64,000 nt of DNA from an uncultured candidate division Zixibacteria bacterium (GCA_963702205.1 OY969724.1:2240001-2304000), one strand, 5' to 3'; shown: positions 54,425-63,932, counted from the first letter of the stretch. The notes: generated by a model from the sequence alone, not told the origin. A program made the numbers and translations.

Positions 54425-55054
54425 ATGGCACGATATCGTGATGCCAACTGCAAACTTTGCCGCCGTGAAGGAGAAAAGCTGTTTTTGAAAGGGCGCCGGT
54501 GTTTCACCGATAAATGCGCTTTCGAAAGACGCCCCTTTGCTCCCGGACAGCATGGGCAGAGTTCACGGTATAAAATATCCAACTACGGAAAGCAGTTGCG
54601 GGAAAAACAAAAAGTCCGCCGTTCGTACGGGCTTCTGGAAAAACAATTCCGGCTTTATTACCAGATGGCTGACCGCAAAGTCGGTGTTACCGGTGAAACT
54701 TTGCTTCAACTTCTGGAATGCCGGCTGGATAACATGGTTTATCGACTCGGCTTCGCGCCGTCGCGCAAGTCTGCCCGACAGCTCGTCAGACATCGTCATT
54801 TCGAGATCAATGGGCGGGTAGTTGATATACCGTCGTTCCATGTCAAACCCAATGACCTGATTAAGGTTCGGGAAAAGTCCAAGAAACTGGACATTATACA
54901 CTCGTCGCTTAAAGACATGGGCCAAACCAGTGAATTGGGCTGGCTGTCCGTTAATAAAGCGGCCCTTGAAGGCCAGTTGCTCGAGGTTCCGAAACGCCAG
55001 GATATTCCGACTACCGCCAACGAGCAGTTGATAGTGGAACTTTACTCTAAGTAG
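54425..55054 (+). CDS. rpsD: 30S ribosomal protein S4 (Cys4 type)
   Basis: [16 protein letters not shown]...[25 protein letters not shown]. Confidence 0.99.
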   Translation: MARYRDANCKLCRREGEKLFLKGRRCFTDKCAFERRPFAPGQHGQSSRYKISNYGKQLREKQKVRRSYGLLEKQFRLYYQMADRKVGVTGETLLQLLECRLDNMVYRLGFAPSRKSARQLVRHRHFEINGRVVDIPSFHVKPNDLIKVREKSKKLDIIHSSLKDMGQTSELGWLSVNKAALEGQLLEVPKRQDIPTTANEQLIVELYSK

Positions 55055-55090
55055 CAGGAAATTTTAAAGCCTGTTGGGAGGCTTATATTT

Positions 55091-56077
55091 ATGAAGTGGA
55101 AAAGTTTGACAATGCCGAAAGAGATCGTTTCCGATCAATCCTCGGCCAACGAGAATTATTCTCGTTTCATAATCGAACCTCTTGAGAGGGGGTTTGGAGT
55201 AACACTCGGAAACGCCTTACGGCGTGTCCTTCTGTCTTCAATTCAGGGTGCGGCCGTGGTTTCGATAAGAATCCCTGGCGCACAGCACGAATTCGAGACT
55301 ATTGAAGGACTTTATGAAGACGTCACGCAGTTGATTTTGAATATTAAGAAGATGCGGCTAAGACTGCATGCCGATGAAATGCGTACGCTGGTCTTTACGG
55401 CCAACAAAAAGGGCAAGATCACGGCCGGTATGTTCGCTACCGACGCCGACGTGGAAGTGATGAATCCCGATCTTTATATCTGCGAACTGGTCGAAGACCG
55501 CGATTTGCAGATTGAACTCGACGTCGATTCGGGTCAATCATACAATCTGGCCGAATCCAATAAGCGGCCCGACGCTCCGGTCGGCACCATTTTCATCGAC
55601 GCCCTGTTTTCACCGGTTGTTAAAGTCAACTTCGAAGTGGAAAACACGCGTGTCGGGCAGCGCACCGACTATGACAAACTCATCATGGAAATCACGACCG
55701 ATGGTTCCACCACACCCGAAGACGCGCTTTCGTTTGCCGCCAAGCTTCTTAAAGATCATCTGCAAATGTTTATCAATATCGATGAAGATTTCGTCGTTGA
55801 GGATGAACCGGTTGAAGACGAAGAGACGGTTCGCATCCGGCAGCTTTTGAAGACCAGAGTCGACGAGCTCGAGCTTTCGGTTCGTTCGTCGAACTGCCTC
55901 CGGGCGGCCAACATACAAGCGCTGGCCGATCTGGTCTCCAAGACCGAATCGGAGATGCTCAAGTACCGTAATTTCGGCCGGAAATCCCTCAATGAATTGA
56001 ATGCTATCCTCGATGAACTTAATTTATCCTTTGGAATGGATATCTCCAAGTACATGGAGCCAGCCGAAGTAAAATAA
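55091..56077 (+). CDS. rpoA: RNA polymerase alpha subunit
   Basis: EPLERGFG.TLGNALRR, RVGQRTDYD, LELSVRSSNCL, NFGRKSL. Confidence 0.99.
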   Translation: MKWKSLTMPKEIVSDQSSANENYSRFIIEPLERGFGVTLGNALRRVLLSSIQGAAVVSIRIPGAQHEFETIEGLYEDVTQLILNIKKMRLRLHADEMRTLVFTANKKGKITAGMFATDADVEVMNPDLYICELVEDRDLQIELDVDSGQSYNLAESNKRPDAPVGTIFIDALFSPVVKVNFEVENTRVGQRTDYDKLIMEITTDGSTTPEDALSFAAKLLKDHLQMFINIDEDFVVEDEPVEDEETVRIRQLLKTRVDELELSVRSSNCLRAANIQALADLVSKTESEMLKYRNFGRKSLNELNAILDELNLSFGMDISKYMEPAEVK

Positions 56078-56091
56078 AATAGGGTATTGTA

Positions 56092-56562
56092 ATGCGACAT
56101 CAGGTAAAAACCAGAAAGCTGGGCAAAACCAAACCCCATCGGGAGGCGATGCTTGCCAATATGGCCACGTCACTTTTGGCCAACCGGACCATCCGCACCA
56201 CCGAACCCAAGGCCAAGGAACTTCGGCGCATGGTTGACCGTTTGATTACGATCGCCAAGAAAGACACGCTGGCGGCCCGACGGCACGTCGGAGAATCCAT
56301 TAAGGATAAGGCAGTGGTCAAAAAGTTGTTCAGCGAAATAGCTCCGCAATTAAAAGACAGGCCCTCCGGTTACACTCGCTTGATGCGGGTCGGGTTCCGG
56401 CGCGGTGACTCCGCCATGATATCGATGGTGGAACTTCTGACCCCGAAGCCTAAATCTGACGACGATTCCAAGAAGGCTTCTAAGAAAAAGGCCAAAACCA
56501 GGGCGAAAGCGAAGACCAAAGCCAAAGCCGAGGCCGAAATGAATAGCGAAGCCGCCTCCTGA
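56092..56562 (+). CDS. rplQ: 50S ribosomal protein L17 with a Lys/Ala-rich tail
   Basis: MRH...RKLG...HR, TT..KAKE, RPSGYTR, RRGDSA. Confidence 0.98.
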   Translation: MRHQVKTRKLGKTKPHREAMLANMATSLLANRTIRTTEPKAKELRRMVDRLITIAKKDTLAARRHVGESIKDKAVVKKLFSEIAPQLKDRPSGYTRLMRVGFRRGDSAMISMVELLTPKPKSDDDSKKASKKKAKTRAKAKTKAKAEAEMNSEAAS

Positions 56563-56584
56563 CGCTTTTGCACAGTTGAAATTC

Positions 56585-56614
56585 AAGACCGCCGACCACA
56601 GGCGGTCTTTTTTT
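56585..56614 (+). terminator. Rho-independent terminator closing the ribosomal super-cluster
   Basis: AAGACCGCC-gaccaca-GGCGGTCTT followed by a T-run. Confidence 0.9.
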
Positions 56615-56628
56615 ATTTCAAAAAGCCA

Positions 56629-56657
56629 TTGCCAACGCCGAAGCGATTATTTATACT
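56629..56657 (+). promoter_or_regulatory. Putative promoter (TTGCCA-N17-TATACT)
   Basis: Near-consensus boxes just after the terminator. Confidence 0.6.
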
Positions 56658-56768
56658 TTTCAATGATTAAACCCTCGGATTATATATGCCGGGTAATAAA
56701 TTGTCAGTTAATGATTTATTGATCATATATCATAGGCCGCCGTCGGCCCTGATTTGAAAGGGAGAATT

Positions 56769-57143
56769 ATGTCGCAGGAACGCAAAAAAATGTCCAAAGG
56801 GTGCATGGTTGCTCTGATTATCGTCGGGGCCCTCATTGTTCTTCTCGCCATCACCATGATCGTGTGCTACGTCTATAAGGATGAACTGGTCGGCTATGGT
56901 GTCGGCAAAATGACCGAAGCCGCTTCCATGCAAATCAAGAAGGACCTGCCCGAGGGTTACACCGACGCCGGTATCGATTCCATCATGGTGGAATTCCAGA
57001 CGGCTTTCAAAGAGAAAAAAATCGACTCCAGCGAAATGCAGGAGATCTCGAACAAGCTTCAGGATATTATGAAAGAGGAAAACTACACGCCTGAAAAGGG
57101 TAAGGAATTCCTGGAGCTGCTCAAGAAATCCATGGAAGAATAA
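56769..57143 (+). CDS. Hypothetical membrane-anchored helical protein
   Basis: SD GGGAG; KGC followed by one TM helix, then a charged helical domain. Confidence 0.75.
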   Translation: MSQERKKMSKGCMVALIIVGALIVLLAITMIVCYVYKDELVGYGVGKMTEAASMQIKKDLPEGYTDAGIDSIMVEFQTAFKEKKIDSSEMQEISNKLQDIMKEENYTPEKGKEFLELLKKSMEE

Positions 57144-57200
57144 GCCGGGGGGAAGTACTTACGGCAGCACGATACAAATTCTTGACCTGAGGATTTTGCT

Positions 57201-57848
57201 TTGACCGACTACGGTTTAATATTCATTGCCTATTTATTGGGTTCCACACCGTTTGGATTATTGATCCCGAAAATTTACGGCATTTCCGATATCCGCAAAC
57301 ACGGCTCCGGCAATATCGGTGCCACCAATGTCATGAGAACGGTCGGGGTGGTTCCCGGACTGCTCGTTATGGCCGGCGACGTCGGCAAAGGCGTTGCGGC
57401 GGTTCTTATTGCCGGGCTCCTGGGAAAAAGTGTCATCGCCACCGAAACGCTTTGTTTGCTGGCCGGATTAGCGGCCATTCTCGGACATATCTTTCCGATA
57501 TTTTTAAAATTCAAAGGCGGTAAAGGTGTCAATACGGCGCTGGGTGTAATGCTCATGCTGATGCCTCCGGCGGCGATGAGCGGGCTGGCGGCCTTTATCG
57601 TGACCGTACTTATTTCACGCTATATATCGCTGGGATCGATGATTGCCTCTCTGGTTTTTTTCGGAATCGCGCTGATGGGATATTTAACCGATTTTATGCT
57701 TATCCCGCTGTCATACCTGATCGTCGCCGCCATCGTGCCCGTACTTATTATAGTGGCTCACCGTTCGAATATTAAACGGCTGCTTAACGGTACTGAAAAT
57801 CGGTTCCGTTTTCATTCGGAGCATAAGGAGGCCGGGTCCAATGTCTGA
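57201..57848 (+). CDS. plsY: Glycerol-3-phosphate acyltransferase
   Basis: AYLLGS.PFG, GSGNIGATN, D..KG, GHIFP.F..FKGGKGV, HRSNI.RL..G.E. Confidence 0.97.
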   Translation: MTDYGLIFIAYLLGSTPFGLLIPKIYGISDIRKHGSGNIGATNVMRTVGVVPGLLVMAGDVGKGVAAVLIAGLLGKSVIATETLCLLAGLAAILGHIFPIFLKFKGGKGVNTALGVMLMLMPPAAMSGLAAFIVTVLISRYISLGSMIASLVFFGIALMGYLTDFMLIPLSYLIVAAIVPVLIIVAHRSNIKRLLNGTENRFRFHSEHKEAGSNV

Positions 57849-58851
57849 CCGAATCGCCGTCCTCGGAGCCGGAAGCTGGGGCATTGCGGCGGCCAACCTG
57901 CTGGTCTCCAACGGCCACAATGTTGCCTTGTGGGAGTTCAATCCGGCCGATTGCCAGACGCTGCTTAAAACGCGCAGTCACGAAAAGAAGCTCCCCGGCA
58001 TCCGAATACCCTCAGAGGTTTTCATAACTAATAATCTCGACGAAGCGGTCGCCAAAGCTCAGATTTTAGTTCTGGCCAGCCCGGCCCAGACCATGCGCTC
58101 GGTCTGCACGCAACTTGAAGGCGTCATTTCAGAACCGAGGATTTTCGTAAATCTCGCCAAAGGGATTGAAATCAAAACGGTTAAGCGGATGTCGGAAGTA
58201 ATAGAAGAATGTCTGACCATGGCCGATGCCAAAAACATCGCGACACTTTCCGGTCCCAGCCATGCCGAAGAGGTCTCACGCGGTATGCCGACCAGCGTGG
58301 TGATAGCTTCGGCCAACCCGGAACTCGCCGAGTACGTCCAGGGGATTTTCTCCAACAACACCTTCCGGGCATACAGCAGCACGGATATAATAGGCGTCGA
58401 ACTGGGCGGTTCGGTTAAAAATATTATTGCTATTGCGGCCGGTATCATTACCGGCCTGGGTCTGGGTGACAATACCATGGGAGCCCTGATAACGCGCGGG
58501 ATGGTGGAAATAAGCCGCCTCGGTGTTAGTCTGGGCGCCGACCCTCTGACCTTCGCCGGGTTGTCTGGTATCGGTGACCTCGTGACAACGTGCATCTCCC
58601 GTCACAGCCGCAACCAGCAGGTCGGTTTTCGGATCGGACGGGGGGAGAAACTCAAGAGCATCCTCGGCAGTATGGTGATGGTGGCCGAAGGCGTGGATAC
58701 CTGCCGGTCGGTCAGGATGCTGGCCGAAAATCAAAATGTCGAGATGCCCATTGCCGAGCAGGTCCATGATGTTCTGTTCGCCGGTAAAAATCCGGCCGAA
58801 GCGATAGAAGATTTGATGGGCCGAACCCTCAAGAAAGAAGTTCTTTACTAA
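57841..58851 (+). CDS. gpsA: NAD(P)H-dependent glycerol-3-phosphate dehydrogenase
   Basis: GAGSWG, AKGIE, SGPSHAEEV, KNIIAIAAG, GLSGIGDL.TTC.S.HSRN. Confidence 0.97.
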   Translation: MSDRIAVLGAGSWGIAAANLLVSNGHNVALWEFNPADCQTLLKTRSHEKKLPGIRIPSEVFITNNLDEAVAKAQILVLASPAQTMRSVCTQLEGVISEPRIFVNLAKGIEIKTVKRMSEVIEECLTMADAKNIATLSGPSHAEEVSRGMPTSVVIASANPELAEYVQGIFSNNTFRAYSSTDIIGVELGGSVKNIIAIAAGIITGLGLGDNTMGALITRGMVEISRLGVSLGADPLTFAGLSGIGDLVTTCISRHSRNQQVGFRIGRGEKLKSILGSMVMVAEGVDTCRSVRMLAENQNVEMPIAEQVHDVLFAGKNPAEAIEDLMGRTLKKEVLY

Positions 58852-58873
58852 CAATATAGACGCCGAGGCAAAT

Positions 58874-59251
58874 ATGGCGCGAACCAAAACGCAAAAAGAA
58901 GAAAAACTGTACTATTCGATCAGCGAAGTAGCGCGCATCACCCGCCTTGAACCGTACGTTCTGCGTTTCTGGGAAAAAGAATTCCCCATGCTGAAACCCC
59001 GCAAAAATCGCGGCGGCAATCGCATTTATCAGAAGGCCGATATCGAGCTCGTCAACCAGATCAAGCAGCTGTTGTATAAAGAGAACTACACCATTGAAGG
59101 CGCTCGCAACCGGTTGCGAAAAATAAAGGCGACGCCCGATAAGGCGAGCCGCGAAGAAAAGGCCCGCGTGAAAACGATCGTGGGGATGATACGCAAGGAC
59201 ATAGAAGACATTCTCAAACTTTTCCCTTGCCTTTTTGGCTTCGGGGGATAG
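58874..59251 (+). CDS. MerR-family HTH regulator (tRNA-Pro-associated type)
   Basis: KLYYSISEVA....EPYVLRFWEKEF..LKP.K.RGGNR.Y, LLY.E.YTIEGA. Confidence 0.9.
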   Translation: MARTKTQKEEKLYYSISEVARITRLEPYVLRFWEKEFPMLKPRKNRGGNRIYQKADIELVNQIKQLLYKENYTIEGARNRLRKIKATPDKASREEKARVKTIVGMIRKDIEDILKLFPCLFGFGG

Positions 59252-59264
59252 ATTGGACCTGTGT

Positions 59265-59342
59265 CGGGGAGTGGCGCAGTTTGGTTAGCGCACTCGCTTG
59301 GGGTGCGAGAGGTCGGCAGTTCAACTCTGCTCTCCCCGACCA
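59265..59342 (+). tRNA. tRNA-Pro(GGG), CCA encoded
   Basis: Acceptor CGGGGAG/CTCCCCG-A-CCA; anticodon arm CTCGC-TT-GGG-GT-GCGAG. Confidence 0.96.
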
Positions 59343-59351
59343 ATTAATTCG

Positions 59352-60034
59352 ATGCACATGACTCCCATAAAATCTAAAACGCTGGCAATCATTCCGGCCT
59401 ATAACGCCGCCAAATACTTCGAACGCCTGATTCCGCGCCTGAGGCGGTTCCTGCCGGATTCGGATTTTGTCGTGATTGACGACGGTTCCACCGACAATAC
59501 TCCCGAAATTCTCGGACGCATGAACGTCACGTTCATCAGAAACGAGCCCAATCGCGGGAAGGGGTATCCATCAAGCGCGGCATGCAGTACGCGCGCGAAA
59601 AGGGTTATGAATACGTTGTTACTCTCGATGCCGATTTGCAGCACTTGCCCGAAGAGCTGGAGCGTTTTATTAACGTAACGAGTACGGCCGATATCTATAT
59701 GGGGACTCGTCCTTTCAAATTCAACCGCATGCCGCCGCACCGCTGGCTGTCGAACAATCTGACGTCGATTATTGTATCGTACTTTTGCAAAACCCGTGTG
59801 CGTGATTCGCAGTCCGGTTATCGCATGATAAAAGCCGATCTGATCGATCGCATCGGCATAAGATCAAATCGTTTTGATTTCGAATCGGAGATACTGCTCA
59901 AAGCCGGTTTGGTCGGGGCGAGGATAGCCGAAATTCCGATTTCGCTGGTCTACGACGGCGGCGGTTCGCACGTGCACCCGGTGCGCGATACGCTCCGCTT
60001 CATAAAGCTGATCTGGAAACGGATCTGGATGTAA
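59352..60034 (+). pseudogene. GT2 (DPM1-like) glycosyltransferase, frameshifted as sequenced (one base missing near 59567)
   Basis: IIPAYN, VIDDGSTD and NRGKG in the first frame; TLDADLQH, DSQSGYR and FDFESE in the second. Confidence 0.88.
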
Positions 60035-60050
60035 CGGTTAAGGAATATAA

Positions 60051-60800
60051 ATGCTGATACTTCTTACAAACGACGATGGCATCTATGCCGAGGGACTGGT
60101 AGAACTGGAAAAAGCTCTGAAAAGGGTGGCCGACGTGCTCATTTTCGCTCCCGATCGCGAGCAGTCGGCCTCGAGCCATTCACTGACTCTTGAAAGACCG
60201 CTGCGTATACACCAGCGTGACGACAAACATTTCGCCTGTGATGGGACTCCGACCGACTGTGTCCTTCTTGCAGTGCACGGTATCTTGAAACATCGCCTGC
60301 CCGACCTCGTGATATCCGGGATTAACCACGGCTCCAATATGGGGGAGGACGTCACATACTCCGGCACGGTGGCCGCCGCTATCGAAGGCGCCAACCTCGG
60401 GATAACGTCGATGGCCGTGTCCAATACGGATTCGGGAAATTTTAAATCATACAAACCGGCCGCGCAGTTTATCGCCAGATTTGTCAGGCAAATCGACAAG
60501 CTGGGTATTAACTCCAACACTTTTCTGAATATCAATTTCCCGAAATTAAAGGGCGAGAAGTTTCAGAACTATCGCATCACCAAACTGGGTCGGCGGGAAT
60601 ATAAGGATATTGTCATAGAAAACACCGATCCCCGGGGCAAGCACTATTACTGGATCGGCGGCGAATCGACCTGGGAGGATATCGACGGGTCGGATTTTAA
60701 GGCCGTTTCGCAGGGTTTTGTCTCGATTTCACCGCTTAAAATGAACTTCTCCGACGCGCCGTCCATAGAGAAATTGAAAGACATAAAACTAAGGTTTTAA
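60051..60800 (+). CDS. surE: 5'/3'-nucleotidase SurE
   Basis: ILLTNDDGI, EQSASSHSLT, GTPTDCV, SGINHG.N.G.D..YSGTVAAA.EG. Confidence 0.98.
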   Translation: MLILLTNDDGIYAEGLVELEKALKRVADVLIFAPDREQSASSHSLTLERPLRIHQRDDKHFACDGTPTDCVLLAVHGILKHRLPDLVISGINHGSNMGEDVTYSGTVAAAIEGANLGITSMAVSNTDSGNFKSYKPAAQFIARFVRQIDKLGINSNTFLNINFPKLKGEKFQNYRITKLGRREYKDIVIENTDPRGKHYYWIGGESTWEDIDGSDFKAVSQGFVSISPLKMNFSDAPSIEKLKDIKLRF

Positions 60801-60826
60801 CGTCTTTTTTCGATTATATAAATGTC

Positions 60827-60854
60827 TTGACTATATCCGGGTTTTGTATATTAT
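60827..60854 (+). promoter_or_regulatory. Putative promoter of tRNA-Pro(CGG) (TTGACT-N16-TATTAT)
   Basis: Near-consensus boxes 15 nt upstream of the tRNA. Confidence 0.55.
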
Positions 60855-60869
60855 ACGTCGGATTAAATT

Positions 60870-60943
60870 CGGGGCGTAGCGCAGTTTGGTAGCGCACTTG
60901 GTTCGGGACTAAGGAGTCGCTGGTTCAAATCCAGTCGCCCCGA
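60870..60943 (+). tRNA. tRNA-Pro(CGG), CCA not encoded
   Basis: Acceptor CGGGGCG/CGCCCCG; anticodon arm CTTGG-TT-CGG-GA-CTAAG. Confidence 0.95.
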
Positions 60944-61012
60944 TTTAATATCCTGCCGCAACTGACGTTACCCTCTATATGAGGGTTGTTTCTTGTAAGC
61001 GAGGCCGCGCGG

Positions 61013-61489
61013 ATGCCAATTAAAAAGAATAAGAAAGAAATTTATATCGGCGTCATCGGGGCCGGACAATGCAATCATGCATCTGAAATGCTGGCCGAAA
61101 AGGTCGGCCGCGCCATCGCCGAACAAGGTGCCATCCTTGTCTGCGGCGGACTGGGTGGCGTTATGAGAGCCGCCGCCAAAGGCGCTAAAGCGGCGGGTGG
61201 ACAAACCCTCGGAATTCTGCCCGGTGACGACAAAACCAAGGCGAACGAATATATTGATTTCGCCATTGCCACCGGTATCGGGGAAGCGCGCAATATAGTC
61301 ATAATCAAGACCGCCGATGCCGTCGTGGCTCTTCCGGGAAAGTACGGCACTCTGTCAGAGATGGCTTTCTGCATGAAAATCGGCCGACCACTCGTTTCGC
61401 TTTCCGATTGGAATATTTCCGAAGATATCGAACGCTTCACCGATCCGATACAGGCCGTGAAACGGGCGGTGCAGCTGGCCGGAGAATAG
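61013..61489 (+). CDS. LOG/SLOG-superfamily Rossmann-fold protein (TIGR00725-like)
   Basis: IGVIG, LVCGGLGGVM.AAAKGA..AGG..LGILPG, TG.GEARN, PGKYGTLSE. Confidence 0.87.
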   Translation: MPIKKNKKEIYIGVIGAGQCNHASEMLAEKVGRAIAEQGAILVCGGLGGVMRAAAKGAKAAGGQTLGILPGDDKTKANEYIDFAIATGIGEARNIVIIKTADAVVALPGKYGTLSEMAFCMKIGRPLVSLSDWNISEDIERFTDPIQAVKRAVQLAGE

Positions 61490-61491
61490 GT

Positions 61492-61776
61492 ATGTCATTC
61501 GTGGGTGCCAGAGTCATCGTCAAAGGTGTCGTGCAGGGTGTCGGGTTCAGGTACTGGGCATTGAAAAAGTCGCATAATTACGATGTCGCCGGTCAGGTTG
61601 CGAATCTGCCCGACGGTACCGTCGAAATTATCGTTGAAGGAGACCGCGGGCCGGTCGAAGATTTCCTGACGGAAGTCAAAGTCGGTCCCAGTTACGGGCA
61701 TGTCAGCGATATGCTCGTCCATTGGTACAACACCCCCAAAGGGTACAAAGATTTTATTATAGCTCATAAAGGTTGA
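61492..61776 (+). CDS. acyP: Acylphosphatase
   Basis: VKGVVQGVGFR, G.VANLPDG.VE...EG, GP. Confidence 0.94.
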   Translation: MSFVGARVIVKGVVQGVGFRYWALKKSHNYDVAGQVANLPDGTVEIIVEGDRGPVEDFLTEVKVGPSYGHVSDMLVHWYNTPKGYKDFIIAHKG

Positions 61777-61778
61777 TT

Positions 61779-62303
61779 ATGGTTGACTTAAAAAATACCG
61801 TCAGGGCCATTCCGGATTTCCCCAAAGAGGGGATATTGTTCTATGATATAACGACCCTCCTTGTTAATCCCGAAGCATTTCGATCGGCTCTGGATAAAAT
61901 GGAAAAATTCTGCCGCAGCCGCGAGGTCGACCGCATTGTCGGCATTGAATCGCGCGGCTTTATTTTCGGAGGGGCACTGGCCGACCGACTCAAAGTCGGA
62001 TTCGTTCCTGTCCGTAAGGCCGGCAAGCTCCCCGGAGAAACTATCGCCGCGACGTACGATCTCGAATATGGATCGGCAACGATTGAGATCCACGCCGATG
62101 CCGTCGGTGCGGGGGACAGTGTGGTTGTCGTCGATGATCTGATCGCCACTGGCGGGACTCTCGAGGCGACTTGCCGCTTGATCGAGCGAGTCGGAGCCAA
62201 AGTGACCGGTATCGCGGCCCTGATTGATCTGGCTTTCCTGCCCTGGGAAGAAAAGCTTGAAAAATACGATGTTTTGAGCTTAATTACGTACGAATCGGGT
62301 TAG
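61779..62303 (+). CDS. apt: Adenine phosphoribosyltransferase
   Basis: IPDFPKEGILFYDITT, ESRGF, RKAGKLP, YDLEYG, VDDLIATGGT. Confidence 0.98.
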   Translation: MVDLKNTVRAIPDFPKEGILFYDITTLLVNPEAFRSALDKMEKFCRSREVDRIVGIESRGFIFGGALADRLKVGFVPVRKAGKLPGETIAATYDLEYGSATIEIHADAVGAGDSVVVVDDLIATGGTLEATCRLIERVGAKVTGIAALIDLAFLPWEEKLEKYDVLSLITYESG

Positions 62304-62313
62304 ATGGATTTTT

Positions 62314-62387
62314 GCCCCCGTAGCTCAGTTGGATAGAGCAGCGGTTTCCTAAACCGCGGGCCGCAGGTTCAATTCCTGCCGGGGGTA
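62314..62387 (+). tRNA. tRNA-Arg(CCT), CCA not encoded
   Basis: Acceptor GCCCCCG/CGGGGGT; anticodon arm GCGGT-TT-CCT-AA-ACCGC. Confidence 0.95.
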
Positions 62388-62575
62388 TTTTTTATTATAG
62401 CGTCGCATATAGTAACTGTGCGCATTTTAATCAATCGCACCTTTATGTCTTTATACTTTTCCCGTCCTTCCGATATTATAAACCGGTTGTTTGTTTTATC
62501 AAGGGGGTAATACTGGCTATACCGGAAGAAGTAAAAAAGGCCATTCTCAAAGAACTTCGCCGCCGTCTTCCGCTG

Positions 62576-63091
62576 ATGGATACGGCGAAAATGAAAGAAC
62601 TCGTCCTCTCATGGCTGGAACAGTTTAAATTTCCGGGACCGGTCGAAAGATCGTCGTGGGAAGACTGCATCATGGAATATCCGGCCAGCCCCGAGGAATC
62701 GGAGTTGCTGAGAGGCCGACGTCTCAGGGTGGCAGTGAATCTCTTTACAGCTACTAATCAATATATGATTTCCATAATCGAATGTCTGGCCCCCAACGTT
62801 CGTGGAACATACATAATTACAGTCCACGTCAACTGGACAAGACACGAACGCCAGATTCAGCAGGCGATCGATGAATCTTACAAGGGGTCGTTCGACAACG
62901 GTCTCAAGGCCAGGCATGTTATCTGGATACAGTCGTTCGAGGAACATCATCTTTTTCCGGCGCTCGATGCCTGTGCCGTGGCAATTTTCGCGCATGAATT
63001 GACTCCCGCTATTGTGCCCGAGAAATTATCTGCTCATCCGGTCAGGTTGCCTGTGGGATCGAGGCTCGATATTCCCGAAACGTCCGGATGA
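62576..63091 (+). CDS. Hypothetical protein (may start upstream at CTG 62513)
   Basis: 171-aa ORF filling the gap; no motif recognised. Confidence 0.6.
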   Translation: MDTAKMKELVLSWLEQFKFPGPVERSSWEDCIMEYPASPEESELLRGRRLRVAVNLFTATNQYMISIIECLAPNVRGTYIITVHVNWTRHERQIQQAIDESYKGSFDNGLKARHVIWIQSFEEHHLFPALDACAVAIFAHELTPAIVPEKLSAHPVRLPVGSRLDIPETSG

Positions 63092-63198
63092 AATCAGTTT
63101 TCCTGTTGACTTTGACCTCCATTTTAATATTTTATATTTTCTTGTGATAAACGTATTAACGCATGGGAAACAAACATGTTTTATAGTCGAGGGATAAG

Positions 63199-63867
63199 AT
63201 GAGAAAAGCCGTTATTCTTGCTTTGGGTCTGTTGCTGGTGGCCGGGTCGATTCTGGCCGAGGATTATAAATACTCCGTTTACCTGGGGAGCGGCGTCGGT
63301 ATTCCGGTATCATCGCAGCTTAAGGATTTGTGGAAGGCCGGGGAGACGTTCGAAGCCGGTGTCGGGCGCAGAGTCCAGGACAATGTTGAAGTATTTGTCA
63401 AATTTGGCTACAGCCATTTTCGTCCGGATAAAGAAAAATATTTCAAGGTCCTCCGCGATTTTGTCCTGCAGCAGGGTGGTGAGGATATTTATTTACAGTC
63501 GTACGCCGTAGGTGACGGTGGTGATGCGCGTTATTATTCAGTCGTCGCCGGGGCGAAATATTTTATTCCCGCCGCGCACGCCGGAGGAGTATTTAATCCT
63601 TATTTTCTCGGGTCGGCCGGATTCGAAAAGCTTGAGATCAGCAATCCCGAATTGGTTTACCAGAAGCTGCTTTATTACAAAATCAATTATGGCTCCAAAA
63701 ATAATGGCTTTATGGGCAATGTCGGCCTCGGGGTGGATTTCGCTTTTGGCAGCGGTTTCGATGCCTTCATCGAAGGCAAATATGCCCTGCATTTTACGGA
63801 CCCGGAAAATACGCAATCATTCCCCATAACGGTTGGATTCAAAATAGCTCTGGGAATGATCGAATAA
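63199..63867 (+). CDS. Putative small outer-membrane beta-barrel protein
   Basis: SD GAGGGA; signal peptide; strands GAKYF, FNPYFLG..G, G..G.G.DF, AFIEGKY, ITVGFK. Confidence 0.78.
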   Translation: MRKAVILALGLLLVAGSILAEDYKYSVYLGSGVGIPVSSQLKDLWKAGETFEAGVGRRVQDNVEVFVKFGYSHFRPDKEKYFKVLRDFVLQQGGEDIYLQSYAVGDGGDARYYSVVAGAKYFIPAAHAGGVFNPYFLGSAGFEKLEISNPELVYQKLLYYKINYGSKNNGFMGNVGLGVDFAFGSGFDAFIEGKYALHFTDPENTQSFPITVGFKIALGMIE

Positions 63868-63902
63868 CAGCGCTTTGCACGAGAAAATATCGAATTTTAC
63901 GG

Positions 63903-63932
63903 CGCCGACCGACCCGGTCGGCGTTTGTTTTT
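63903..63932 (+). terminator. Rho-independent terminator
   Basis: CGCCGACC-gaccc-GGTCGGCG followed by TTTGTTTTT. Confidence 0.85.
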
